A stretch of DNA of 64,000 nt. It comes from a candidate division WOR-3 bacterium UBA6260. Lineage in GTDB: Bacteria; Hydrothermota; 32-111. A program made the position numbers and the translations under genes. The stretch spans positions 8,175 through 72,174 of the forward strand of contig DJVI01000009.1 of NCBI GenBank assembly GCA_002441125.1. The letters run 5' to 3'. Numbering within the stretch: position 1 is the stretch's first letter; the number at the start of each line of letters is the position of its first letter. The notes below the pieces were generated by a model. It was not told the DNA's origin. It ran no database searches and saw only the letters and a program-made list of their open reading frames with translations. Shown in pieces: positions 9,297 to 18,570 of the stretch.

Positions 9297-12200
9297 TGTC
9301 TCCCTTCCACTATTTTTATTTCCTCATCAGTCAAACCATATAATTTATAAACCATCTGGTCAATCTGGCGTTCGTATTCTTTAACTTTGGCCTGCTTTTC
9401 TTTGTTCTGCAAATAATCATCGTCTTTTGTTATTTCAAGAATTTTATCTACGATGTCAATAAAGGGTTGTTGGTCAATTTTTTCTAGTTCAACTATTGGT
9501 AAAGAATATAAAGCATAAATCCTAAACTGCGCAAGGGTTCGGTTTTTCTGACCGTATAAACCATTTTGATATAAAAAAGACAATAGTTTAGATGAAAACA
9601 AAGCTAATAGTAGTTTTATATTTATATAATTCATTTTGGATTTTACAACATATAAATTTTGATGAGCAATTGCAAAATCATATTTCACGGGTGGGACACA
9701 TAATATTGTATCTCCTGTTTTTCTAATAAAAATTCTTTCACCATTATGTAAATTATAATCATATTTTTGGCATTGTTTTTTTGGTAGATAAACTATTTTT
9801 GCGTAACAGTATCTGTTTAATAGATCATCTCTGATTATAGGTAAAACATTTTTTGATTTTTTGTAAAAAATTTTAGAAAAATTATTATCTAATGAATGTT
9901 CACCTTCCGATATTTTACAATATTCTTTCATTTTTTTGAGGACGTTTAAATAAATCTTTTTTGCTAAATGATTTTTATAAAAACAAATATTCCCATTAAT
10001 ATATTCAACCTTGACTAATTCCTCATTTATAATGTCTCTAAGTATATATTTTCTTATTAAGTCACGTTCTATCATTTTTATATCCGAATAATTTACATAT
10101 TTATTTTCAGACTTTAATTTTTGTGAAATAAATATTGCCGTGGCAACAATTGGTTCTTCAAAAATATTGAAACCTAAATCTACTATAATAATATTATGGA
10201 ATTTATTAATAATTATATCCCGTATATCAGCATATTTAGATAGTGTAATATATGTGTTTGGAGTAATATATGTTATTATTCCTTTTTCCTTTATAATTTG
10301 AGTCCCAAGTTGTATAAACCATTTATATAAATCCTTACATCCTTTTGAGGATTCTGGAAATCTTTTTGTTATATCCGCCAATTCTTTTTCTAATAATTCT
10401 GCTTCCTTTCTTTTTCCTTTTCTTATTAATTCTTTTACAGGACTACCTTTCCCACTTAGAAATTTATACGGAGGATTTGCAATGACAATATCAAACCCAT
10501 TTTTTTCGCGAAATACTTCAGAAAAATAAATATGAAAGTCAAATTCTATATTTCCAATAGTATGGTCTATTGTTCTTAAAAATTTTAGTTGTTCGATAAA
10601 TAATTTTTGAATCTCATCTCTAATTTTAACTTTTTCCATTAAGGATGTAGTAGAAAATAAAAGTTTTTTCTTCTCTTCTATTCTTTCGTTAATATTATTA
10701 TTTGGTAGAATATTTTCTGGTAAACCTAAAAGTGAATTTCCGCATACAAGTTTGTAATCCAGGTTTGGCAAAGGTTTTATTTTTGTAACATCATCTTCGT
10801 CAACTATTAGAGAAAGCCAGAACCTGAGTTTAGCAATATCTATTGCTGATGAATCAATATCTACGCCATAAATACAGTTTTCAATGCAATGACGTTTGAA
10901 ATTATATGATGTTCGTCCCTCTTGGTTAGATAAAAAATTTGTTAAAATATTTCTTGCCTTTACAATTTCCAGCATCATTCCAACAGGAAAGGCGCCTGAA
11001 CCAACGGCAGGATCGCAAACACGGATGTTTTCTAATTTTTCATCTATAAGTTTAGCATTATTCTTTATACTTTCAGGCATCTTAATCTTTTTATATTTCC
11101 CATTATATTCCGGGTTTTCTTCTATCCTTGCAATGACAAGTTTATCGTGTTCAATTGTTATATCTCCGTATTTAATAAGTATTTCAATATCTTCTTTTTT
11201 CACCTTGCCTTCACATTCTGTTGCTAAATAATTTATCAAACTCTCCTGGCACATATAATGAACAATCTCACGAGGAGTATAATATGCCCCCTGACCTTTT
11301 CGCAAGTTCTCTTCAATCAGGTTTTCAAAAACTTTACCAAGTAATTCAGGATCAAGAGCGACCTCTTTTTCAAGTGGCTCATCTTCTTGCACAGTAAAAT
11401 TATACCTATCAAAAACATCAAGAATGCCAGTGCCTATATCTCCTTCTTTCGTTTTTTCATTATTAGAGAACAATTCATTAGGAATAATTAAATCTTTTTT
11501 TTGCCAGTCGTAGTTGTTTACTGGTTCAAAAAGACCACCATTTAAAAATGGGATTTTACAATCAAAATAGTTTGAATATGTTGAATCTGCCTGATTTGTT
11601 CTTGGATTATTTAATGTGTTATAAAACAATACTTCAAGATAATCATTAAAGAAATTTTTCTTTTCTTCACTGCACTTTTTAAATAATGAACGCAGAAAAT
11701 TCCTGTCCCCTTCTCCCCAGTTTTTATCTTTTGGAACACCAAGCCAACCCTTCTTTTGTAAAAAATAGAGGAAGACTATTTGACCTAAAAGTTTTTTGGA
11801 AAAGTCTGATGTTTTTATCTTTTTATTTTCAAATTCTTCTTTAACATTATTATCATTTTTAACAATTGTTTCAATGGTATTATTTAATTTCTGATATAGG
11901 CTAAGGTATTGACTAAGAAATTCTTTTGTAATTTTTTCAACACTAAACGCTTTTTCAAGTTGTTCTAATGTGGGATTATTTACATCATCTTGTAAAATAG
12001 GGAGTAATTGTTGTTGAGCAGTATGATTGGGCTCATTTTTGCCTACCAGAAAAGAATATCTACGAGCAGGTGTAAACTCTTCTTCTCCTTTTGGCTTGCC
12101 TGATTTTGTTTGTGTTAATTTGTATTCCTTTTTAACCAGAGAAAAACGCCAATCGTCAAGTTCTGGTGAAACAAAAGCAACAACAGCAGCATCTTTTTCT

Positions 12201-12517
12201 TTAACAGAACCATATTTACCAGCAAGATAACCTGCAATAAAATTTCGTTGCATTGTCCTGGCACGTTCAATTGAAGTTTCTTTTTTTAAGTAAACTATTA
12301 AAATATCAATTCTTTTGTCTTCTGATACATATTTGCCAACTCGTTCGTATTTGTTAATATATGGCTCATATGTATCTGGTATGTATTGTCCATGATATTC
12401 AAACGGTTCCAAAGAAATTTTATTAAATAAGTTCTTTACAAAATAGACAAATCTTTCCTTTTCAAAAGAGTTTTCAAATGTTTCTCTTATCAATTTTATA
12501 GCAGATTTTTTATCCAT
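9293..12517 (-). CDS. MmeI/PglX-family gamma-class N6-adenine DNA methyltransferase (Type IIG/IIL-like), with N-terminal MmeI-like domain and C-terminal target-recognition region
   Basis: 1074 aa. Motif X GAYYTPREIV, motif I DPAVGSGAFPVG, motif IV VIANPPYKF. Stretches resemble MmeI by recall (RNFIAGY, LFYNTLNNP...IPFLNGGLFEP). C-terminal ...LYGLTDEEIKIVEG helix. GAAGG RBS 8 nt upstream, inside the helicase 3' end. Confidence 0.8.
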   Translation of the reverse strand: MDKKSAIKLIRETFENSFEKERFVYFVKNLFNKISLEPFEYHGQYIPDTYEPYINKYERVGKYVSEDKRIDILIVYLKKETSIERARTMQRNFIAGYLAGKYGSVKEKDAAVVAFVSPELDDWRFSLVKKEYKLTQTKSGKPKGEEEFTPARRYSFLVGKNEPNHTAQQQLLPILQDDVNNPTLEQLEKAFSVEKITKEFLSQYLSLYQKLNNTIETIVKNDNNVKEEFENKKIKTSDFSKKLLGQIVFLYFLQKKGWLGVPKDKNWGEGDRNFLRSLFKKCSEEKKNFFNDYLEVLFYNTLNNPRTNQADSTYSNYFDCKIPFLNGGLFEPVNNYDWQKKDLIIPNELFSNNEKTKEGDIGTGILDVFDRYNFTVQEDEPLEKEVALDPELLGKVFENLIEENLRKGQGAYYTPREIVHYMCQESLINYLATECEGKVKKEDIEILIKYGDITIEHDKLVIARIEENPEYNGKYKKIKMPESIKNNAKLIDEKLENIRVCDPAVGSGAFPVGMMLEIVKARNILTNFLSNQEGRTSYNFKRHCIENCIYGVDIDSSAIDIAKLRFWLSLIVDEDDVTKIKPLPNLDYKLVCGNSLLGLPENILPNNNINERIEEKKKLLFSTTSLMEKVKIRDEIQKLFIEQLKFLRTIDHTIGNIEFDFHIYFSEVFREKNGFDIVIANPPYKFLSGKGSPVKELIRKGKRKEAELLEKELADITKRFPESSKGCKDLYKWFIQLGTQIIKEKGIITYITPNTYITLSKYADIRDIIINKFHNIIIVDLGFNIFEEPIVATAIFISQKLKSENKYVNYSDIKMIERDLIRKYILRDIINEELVKVEYINGNICFYKNHLAKKIYLNVLKKMKEYCKISEGEHSLDNNFSKIFYKKSKNVLPIIRDDLLNRYCYAKIVYLPKKQCQKYDYNLHNGERIFIRKTGDTILCVPPVKYDFAIAHQNLYVVKSKMNYINIKLLLALFSSKLLSFLYQNGLYGQKNRTLAQFRIYALYSLPIVELEKIDQQPFIDIVDKILEITKDDDYLQNKEKQAKVKEYERQIDQMVYKLYGLTDEEIKIVEGRQ

Positions 12518-12520
12518 AAA

Positions 12521-15500
12521 TTAGCCTTCTTTAATAAGGTATTCAGAAAGTATAACTTCTCTCGGACCAGATGTCTGCCCTGGTAACTCAGAGCTTGGTG
12601 TTTTAAAAAATGTTTCAGGAATATTCTTCTTTATTATTCCATATATTTTTAAGTAATTGTTTTCTTTTCCAATTTTTTTTATTATATTTTTAACTGTTTG
12701 TTTAGGTATAACTCCTTCTTCAAGTAGAATTAGAACTTTGTTTAAATACTCTTCATCATCTTCAGTAAAACCTTTCATTTTTGATATTGCCTTTATTAAA
12801 ATCTTTAATCTTACATCACTACTTTTACCACCTTTGGTTTTAACTTCTTGAATATCTTCAACTAATGATGACTTAAAAGCATCTTTGTTCTTGTCTAAGT
12901 AGTCATAATATTTCTGACCTATTTTTTCTCGTTTAGTATCTTTGTTTGATTTCAATATTTCTGCTGTTTGAAAGAAATCCAATTCTTTTGTTGATTCTGC
13001 GTTACTAATAAACATTTTTCTTAATTTACCTTTTCTAAAAAAAGTTATTACAGATTCTTTATCAACAGAATGAATTTTAGCACTTCGTGCTTTTTTAGGT
13101 AAGCGTTTTATTTTTTCAAATAAGTCAGGATTATTGTCCCTGATATTTCTGAGTTCAGAAAGGTATTTAAGTTCGGACTCTTCTGATTCCTCACCTTCAA
13201 TAACTTCTTTAGAATTTAACCTTTTGAAAAGTTCAAATGAATTGACCTCTTCCCCTTCAGTTAAATAAGATGCATCTTCACCAAGAATATTGTGGAAAGC
13301 CTGCAATTTTCCAATAGCTGCTTCTTCTAATTTTATTTCTTCATTTGATTGGACTGTCGGAAAGAAATTATAAATAAAAATTTTATCAAACTGTGTATCT
13401 ACTCTGTTTATACGACCTACTCTTTGAATTATACGAACAGGATTCCAAGGAATATCATAATTTATAATAACATTGGAACGATGAAGATTAACTCCTTCAG
13501 AAAGAATATCTGTGGTAATTAAAATTTTTATATCGTCTTTTGGCTTACTGCTTTTTGGATCAAAATTTTCAATTATTTTTTCCTTTATAGGAGCACCTGA
13601 TTTGCTGGAAAATGATATAACAGCGTCTTTATACATACTCTTTAAATTCTTTTCAAGATATTCCGCTGTTTCCATTGATTCGGTAAAAACAATTATCTTA
13701 TTTTCTTTCAATATTTTATCTGTTGATAGTTTATGTATAAACTCATTGATTTTAGGGTCTGTTGTTATATCTTCCCAAAGCGTTTTTATTTCTTTTAAAA
13801 TTTTTAAGTCATTGTTCAGGTCTTCAATAAATTCTGGTCTAAATTCATTTATTTTATATTTTCTAACTTTTTCTTCTTCAATCAATTTCATTATTTCATC
13901 AATATTGTCATTTTCTAAAAGGTCAAATATTTTATTGGTATATTTTTTACTGATGTAAATAGTTCCTTTATCGAACATATTGATAAATTGCTCATAAGAA
14001 TATATAAATCTATCAAGTGTATTTTTAAACGCAAAAAAACTGCTTTCAAGCCTTTTGACAAGCAACACCTTCATAAATACTTTTAAATTTTTCTGTCCAA
14101 TTTCCTCCTCTTGGATAGGATTTTCTAAATATAAGAGCGGTGTATATCTGGAATACTTAAATAGTTTTATTTTATTTATTGTTTCATTAAAAATAAAATC
14201 TGTCTTTTCATCAAATTTATAATATAGTCTTTTAGGTGTCTTTACATCGGGGAACTTTAACCCTTTTTTTGTCAGGTCTTTACTGAAATACTTTTTTATA
14301 TCTTCTCTTGTTCTGCGAACTATAAGATATTTCAGGACATCTTCCCTTATCTTTTTTGAATTATCTTTCATGATTTTTATATATTTATCGAATTCTTTTA
14401 ATCGGTCTATTCCTTTTAGTCGTTTTTGCAATGTATTAAAATATTTTTCCAGATTTTTTATATTAGGAATTGTGCTATTTCTTCCTTTTTGAAATAGTTT
14501 TATCTGACTTAATATATCATTTGGAGTATTGTTCTGCGGTGTAGCTGAAATCAAAATTACCCTTTTCCCCCAGCATATCTGTTTTAATTTTTCATAAGTT
14601 TGCGTTGACTCATTACGAAACCTGTGTGCTTCATCTATAAAAACATTTTTGTATTCTCTTTTTTTTGTTATTTCAATTATATCATCTAACTTCCCTAACG
14701 ACTCTACAATAACTGGAACATGAAAATCCTGAAATGTGCTTTCCCAATAATCTTTAAGGATTGGTGGACAGATAACTAAATTACGACCATCTAACTGTTG
14801 TGCCAGCATTGCAGAAATATATGTCTTACCAAGACCTACTACATCTGACAGGAATACACCGCCATATTCTTCTAATTTATTTTTAGCATCACTTACTGCT
14901 TCCCGTTGATATTCAAAATTCATAAAACCGTGCGGAACATCAGGTGTGTTTATTTCCTCTTGATCAATATTTATTGTTTCCTTAAAATATTCATACAAAT
15001 ATTTTAAGTAGAGTTCGTAAGGAGTTATACTCTCATTAACCCATGTTCTGGTCTTGATTGTTTCAATATATTCCTGCGAGATATCCACTGAATTCTCCCA
15101 CAATTTGTTAAATGCAGTGATAGCAAATTCATAATCAGACGGGTTTTTTAGTTCAACATTAAATTCTAAGTTTTCTTTAAGACCAGCCTTAGTAAAGTTG
15201 CTCGAACCTGTAATAACTCTTCCTATATCTCTATCATTCTCTTTAAAAGTCATGATATAAAGTTTTGAATGTATATTTTCAGTAGGATATGCTTTAATCT
15301 CTATTTTCCCCTTTTGTACCCATTCAACGAATTTTGACACACCTTCTTCAACATTATGATTATCATCCGAATACTCCATTTCTTTTATAATGGAGCCATT
15401 AATTTTTTCTTTAACTTCAGAATAAGAATAGTAGAGGTTTAGTTGTTCATTTAATCTTGCTTTTTCAATATTTTCCATAGTTTCCTTATCAGTACATATT

Positions 15501-15679
15501 CCAACTAAGATCCTTATTTTTTCAGTATTCTCTAAAGATTTATAAAGTTCATAAAAACCGCTCATATAAAAATACCCAACCAAGACATCAAAATAACGAG
15601 TATCTTTTATAAGTAATTTGAATCTTTCAAGAAGGCTTTTATCTTTTTCGTTGGTAATAAATGTTAAATCTGAATCCAT
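12521..15679 (-). CDS. PLD-family (HKD) nuclease domain fused to SNF2/DEAH-box superfamily-2 helicase
   Basis: 1052 aa. N-terminal PLD motif IHSKLYI...GSSNFT. Helicase motif I GLGKTYIS, motif II VFIDEAHRFRN, motif III ILISATPQN, motifs V/VI ...TDILSEGVNL...QRVGRINR. Only 3 nt separate its stop from the methyltransferase start. Confidence 0.8.
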   Translation of the reverse strand: MDSDLTFITNEKDKSLLERFKLLIKDTRYFDVLVGYFYMSGFYELYKSLENTEKIRILVGICTDKETMENIEKARLNEQLNLYYSYSEVKEKINGSIIKEMEYSDDNHNVEEGVSKFVEWVQKGKIEIKAYPTENIHSKLYIMTFKENDRDIGRVITGSSNFTKAGLKENLEFNVELKNPSDYEFAITAFNKLWENSVDISQEYIETIKTRTWVNESITPYELYLKYLYEYFKETINIDQEEINTPDVPHGFMNFEYQREAVSDAKNKLEEYGGVFLSDVVGLGKTYISAMLAQQLDGRNLVICPPILKDYWESTFQDFHVPVIVESLGKLDDIIEITKKREYKNVFIDEAHRFRNESTQTYEKLKQICWGKRVILISATPQNNTPNDILSQIKLFQKGRNSTIPNIKNLEKYFNTLQKRLKGIDRLKEFDKYIKIMKDNSKKIREDVLKYLIVRRTREDIKKYFSKDLTKKGLKFPDVKTPKRLYYKFDEKTDFIFNETINKIKLFKYSRYTPLLYLENPIQEEEIGQKNLKVFMKVLLVKRLESSFFAFKNTLDRFIYSYEQFINMFDKGTIYISKKYTNKIFDLLENDNIDEIMKLIEEEKVRKYKINEFRPEFIEDLNNDLKILKEIKTLWEDITTDPKINEFIHKLSTDKILKENKIIVFTESMETAEYLEKNLKSMYKDAVISFSSKSGAPIKEKIIENFDPKSSKPKDDIKILITTDILSEGVNLHRSNVIINYDIPWNPVRIIQRVGRINRVDTQFDKIFIYNFFPTVQSNEEIKLEEAAIGKLQAFHNILGEDASYLTEGEEVNSFELFKRLNSKEVIEGEESEESELKYLSELRNIRDNNPDLFEKIKRLPKKARSAKIHSVDKESVITFFRKGKLRKMFISNAESTKELDFFQTAEILKSNKDTKREKIGQKYYDYLDKNKDAFKSSLVEDIQEVKTKGGKSSDVRLKILIKAISKMKGFTEDDEEYLNKVLILLEEGVIPKQTVKNIIKKIGKENNYLKIYGIIKKNIPETFFKTPSSELPGQTSGPREVILSEYLIKEG

Positions 15680-15744
15680 ATTTTTTCCCCTAAGTTAATA
15701 TCTTGATATTTTTTTATTCTTTATAAAATAAATTTAATTTGGTT

Positions 15745-15773
15745 ATTATAAATCACAATTATTTTATTGTCAA
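15745..15773 (-). promoter_or_regulatory. Candidate sigma70-type promoter for the helicase-methyltransferase operon
   Basis: Minus-strand TTGACA (15768-15773), 17-nt spacer, TATAAT (15745-15750), about 65 nt upstream of the helicase ATG at 15679. Confidence 0.4.
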
Positions 15774-15945
15774 CTTTTTTGAATAAACAATATATTTTTA
15801 GGTGTTTATAAATTTGTTATTATAAGTAGATAAAGTTTTTTTAAAAACAAAAAACATTGGCCGTGCAGCAGTGATTGCAAACTCAATAATAGATTTCAGA
15901 GTTATGAGTCCTGTCTTTGACCAATTTGACAAAATTGTTTCAAGA

Positions 15946-15983
15946 TCAAAAATGTCACACTGTCAAGCACCGTCCCCAATATT
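15946..15983. repeat. 38-bp direct repeat, right copy (identical to 5939-5976)
   Basis: Perfect match by inspection. Lies in the intergenic region upstream of the island operon. Confidence 0.85.
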
Positions 15984-16104
15984 ATCCTTAAAACAAAAAT
16001 TTGATTTGTTGTTTTAATATGTTTTTGCAATGATCGGAGAAGAGAAAAATTCATTTGTAAATTTTTTCTTGAACTAAAAATTTTTATCTTTATACTTTTT
16101 TAAT

Positions 16105-16908
16105 ATGTATGAAATTTTAAAAATTTACGCCTTTATTGTAAGAAAATTTATAAATAAAAAAAAGAACATCAAAAAGATGCATCCCCATTTAAAAAAGGGA
16201 TATGAAGAGTATTTGAAGTTAAAAGATAAAGAAATAGTTGAAATAGAAAATAGAAAATTTAAAATAATAAAAATAAAGACAAAAATTTTTCAGGGTGGAG
16301 AGGATCTTATTGGTTACATATATGAAAACTTAAAAGAGAGTTTAAAAGATAATGATATTTTAACTGTTGCTGAATCTATAATAGGTGTAACACAGAATAG
16401 AGCATATAGAGTTGATGAGATAAAACCATCAAAATGGGCTTACTTTTTATACCCTTGGGTATCAAATGTTGATTATGGAACTGGACTTGGTATGGCTGAA
16501 ACTATGGAATGTGCTATCAGAGAGGTAGGTTTGAAAAGGATTTTAAAAGCTACCTTTTTTGGTTTTTTGGATAGAATACGAAAAAAAAGCGGTTCATTCT
16601 ATAGGATAGCAGGGAAAGAGGTTAAGAGCATTGATTTTAAGAAGAACCATCCTATACCTTTCAAAGGTTCCAACAACTATATAGTCCTTTCACCAAAAGA
16701 ACCAGAGATTTTTGCAAAAAAAGTTTACAAAAAATTTTCAAAAAATATTTTTGTCTCTGTTGTAGATGCCAACAATGTTTCAGTAGATGTACTTGCACTC
16801 TATCCTGAAGATAAAAAAATAGAAAAAATCATATATAATGTTATGAAAGGAAATCCAGCTGGACAGGACGATGAAAAAACACCTATCATTATTATCAGAG
16901 AAATTTAA
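16105..16908 (+). CDS. CofE-like (F420-0:gamma-glutamyl ligase family) protein
   Basis: 267 aa. Pattern FQGGEDLIGYI...DILTVAESIIGVTQNRAYRV resembles the CofE-family core. The start may be the internal ATG near 16177. Confidence 0.45.
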   Translation: MYEILKIYAFIVRKFINKKKNIKKMHPHLKKGYEEYLKLKDKEIVEIENRKFKIIKIKTKIFQGGEDLIGYIYENLKESLKDNDILTVAESIIGVTQNRAYRVDEIKPSKWAYFLYPWVSNVDYGTGLGMAETMECAIREVGLKRILKATFFGFLDRIRKKSGSFYRIAGKEVKSIDFKKNHPIPFKGSNNYIVLSPKEPEIFAKKVYKKFSKNIFVSVVDANNVSVDVLALYPEDKKIEKIIYNVMKGNPAGQDDEKTPIIIIREI

Positions 16909-18205
16909 ATCGAACTTTTTTAAGTCCATATTTTCAACTTCAATACTGATAGGTATATCGAGATTTACAGGTTTTTTAAGAGAGGTTGTCTACTCAGCAT
17001 ATCTCGGGACATCAAGGATAATGGATGGTTTTTTAGTTGCTTTTCTGATACCCAACTTTTTCAGAAGGATATTGGGAGAAAGGGCAGCTGAATCAGTTTT
17101 TTTACCAATGTATATAAGGGAGAGAGAAAAAAGTGAAAAAGATGCTAACGATTATATGTCAATTTTTTTCACAACAGTATCAATTATTTTGATTTTAGGA
17201 ATAATAGTTCTTTACATATTCTCTCCTCTAATACTAAAAATCCTTGCTCCGGGTTTTGACAAAGAAACTTTTAACATATCTTTGAAGATAACCTACATAA
17301 TTCTTCCATACATGTTTTTCATAGGAATATACAGTTTTTTAGGTTCTCTTCTTGAATCTTATAAAAGATTTTCTCTATATAACATCTCTCCTCTTTTATT
17401 CAACATTGTGATGGTTGTGGCTATTCCACTCTTTTATAAAAAAAATCCAGTTCTAACAATATCCTTCTCAGTTCTTGTCGGAGTTATAGCTCAAACAGCT
17501 ATACTTTTTTTAGGTTTAAAAAATTTACCTGTTAAATTCAGGTTCAAAATTTCTTTCAAAGATGAAAGGATAAAAAGAACATTTTATCTTCTTCTCCCAA
17601 TAATACTTGCAAGTTTTATAGAAAAAAGTGCTATATATATTGACAGGATTTTTGGGTCAATACTTGGTACAGGTGCTATATCCTCACTGCATTTTTCCTT
17701 TCTTTTAACCGACCTCCCTTTTGCAGTTTTTTCGATAGCTATTTCAAAAGTCATCCATCCTTACATTTCAGAGAAAGAAGTTTATTCCTCAAAAAATAAT
17801 TTCAAAAAGTATATAAAAAGAGGTATTATTTTAAATGTGATGATACTTTTACCAATAACTTTATTTTTTATAATATTTGCAAAAAGTATAATAAGGATAG
17901 TTTACTTAAGAGGTGAATTCAACATAAATTCTTTGAATATGACTTACCTTCCATTCATATATTATACAGTGGGACTGATACCAATGGGGTTGATACAAGT
18001 TTTTGCAAAAGGTTTTTATTCTCTTCTAAACACAAAAACTCCCCTTTATGTTTCAGGTTTTGCTATGTTAATTAATGTATTTCTTAATATAATTCTTATG
18101 CCAAAATTTAACATCGCTGGAATAGCGCTTGCGACATCCCTATCATACTGGATACACGCGATATACCTTTACTTTAAATTAAAAAAGAATATGGACAGAT
18201 TATGA
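16871..18205 (+). CDS. murJ: lipid II flippase MurJ (MviN family)
   Basis: 444 aa polytopic membrane protein. N-terminal RFTGFLREVVYSAYLGTS...DGFLVAFLIPNFFRRILGE signature of MurJ. Confidence 0.75.
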   Translation: MKKHLSLLSEKFKSNFFKSIFSTSILIGISRFTGFLREVVYSAYLGTSRIMDGFLVAFLIPNFFRRILGERAAESVFLPMYIREREKSEKDANDYMSIFFTTVSIILILGIIVLYIFSPLILKILAPGFDKETFNISLKITYIILPYMFFIGIYSFLGSLLESYKRFSLYNISPLLFNIVMVVAIPLFYKKNPVLTISFSVLVGVIAQTAILFLGLKNLPVKFRFKISFKDERIKRTFYLLLPIILASFIEKSAIYIDRIFGSILGTGAISSLHFSFLLTDLPFAVFSIAISKVIHPYISEKEVYSSKNNFKKYIKRGIILNVMILLPITLFFIIFAKSIIRIVYLRGEFNINSLNMTYLPFIYYTVGLIPMGLIQVFAKGFYSLLNTKTPLYVSGFAMLINVFLNIILMPKFNIAGIALATSLSYWIHAIYLYFKLKKNMDRL

Positions 18206-18570
18206 GAATTTCAAATGGAATAGATATTATAGAAATCGAAAGGATCAGAAAAAAATTTGAAAGAGATCTCAAATTCAAAGAAAAAATATTCACACAAAAA
18301 GAGTTGAAGCAGGTTGAAGGCCTTGAAATAGAATATATAGTTCTCGCCGGAAAATGGGCTTCAAAAGAAGCTTTTTCGAAAGCACTTGGAACTGGTATTG
18401 GGAAAGAGTTGGATTGGAAAGATATCCAGATAAGTAACGATATTACGGGTAAGCCTCAGGTTGAAGTTTCAAAAGATATTATAGAAAAATATGGTATAGA
18501 AGAGATTTCTTTATCAATATCACATATCAAAGATTACGCTGTTGCTTCAGTTGTCATCCTTTTCAATTAA
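18202..18570 (+). CDS. acpS: holo-[acyl-carrier-protein] synthase
   Basis: 122 aa. GIDIIEIERI...LAGKWASKEAFSKALGTG...ISISH motifs of the AcpS 4'-phosphopantetheinyl transferase. Confidence 0.8.
   Translation: MRISNGIDIIEIERIRKKFERDLKFKEKIFTQKELKQVEGLEIEYIVLAGKWASKEAFSKALGTGIGKELDWKDIQISNDITGKPQVEVSKDIIEKYGIEEISLSISHIKDYAVASVVILFN

Noticed and set aside
15859-15945. Slightly GC-richer patch next to the right repeat as a tRNA/tmRNA 3' fragment (a classic att target)
   Set aside because: No T-loop (GTTCRANYC) or CCA-proximal acceptor-stem pattern could be found by eye. It is probably just intergenic sequence.
5939-15983. Considered BREX or DISARM as the identity of the island
   Set aside because: The window has no PglZ, BrxC/PglY, BrxA or BrxL for BREX, and no DUF1998-type DrmA/DrmB for DISARM. 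Only the methyltransferase and helicase/nuclease components have counterparts, so I kept it as an unassigned candidate rather than naming it.
5939-15983. The 38-bp direct repeats as a CRISPR array or IS inverted repeats
   Set aside because: There are only two copies about 10 kb apart, in direct orientation, with no short regular spacers and no transposase. That fits neither CRISPR nor IS architecture.
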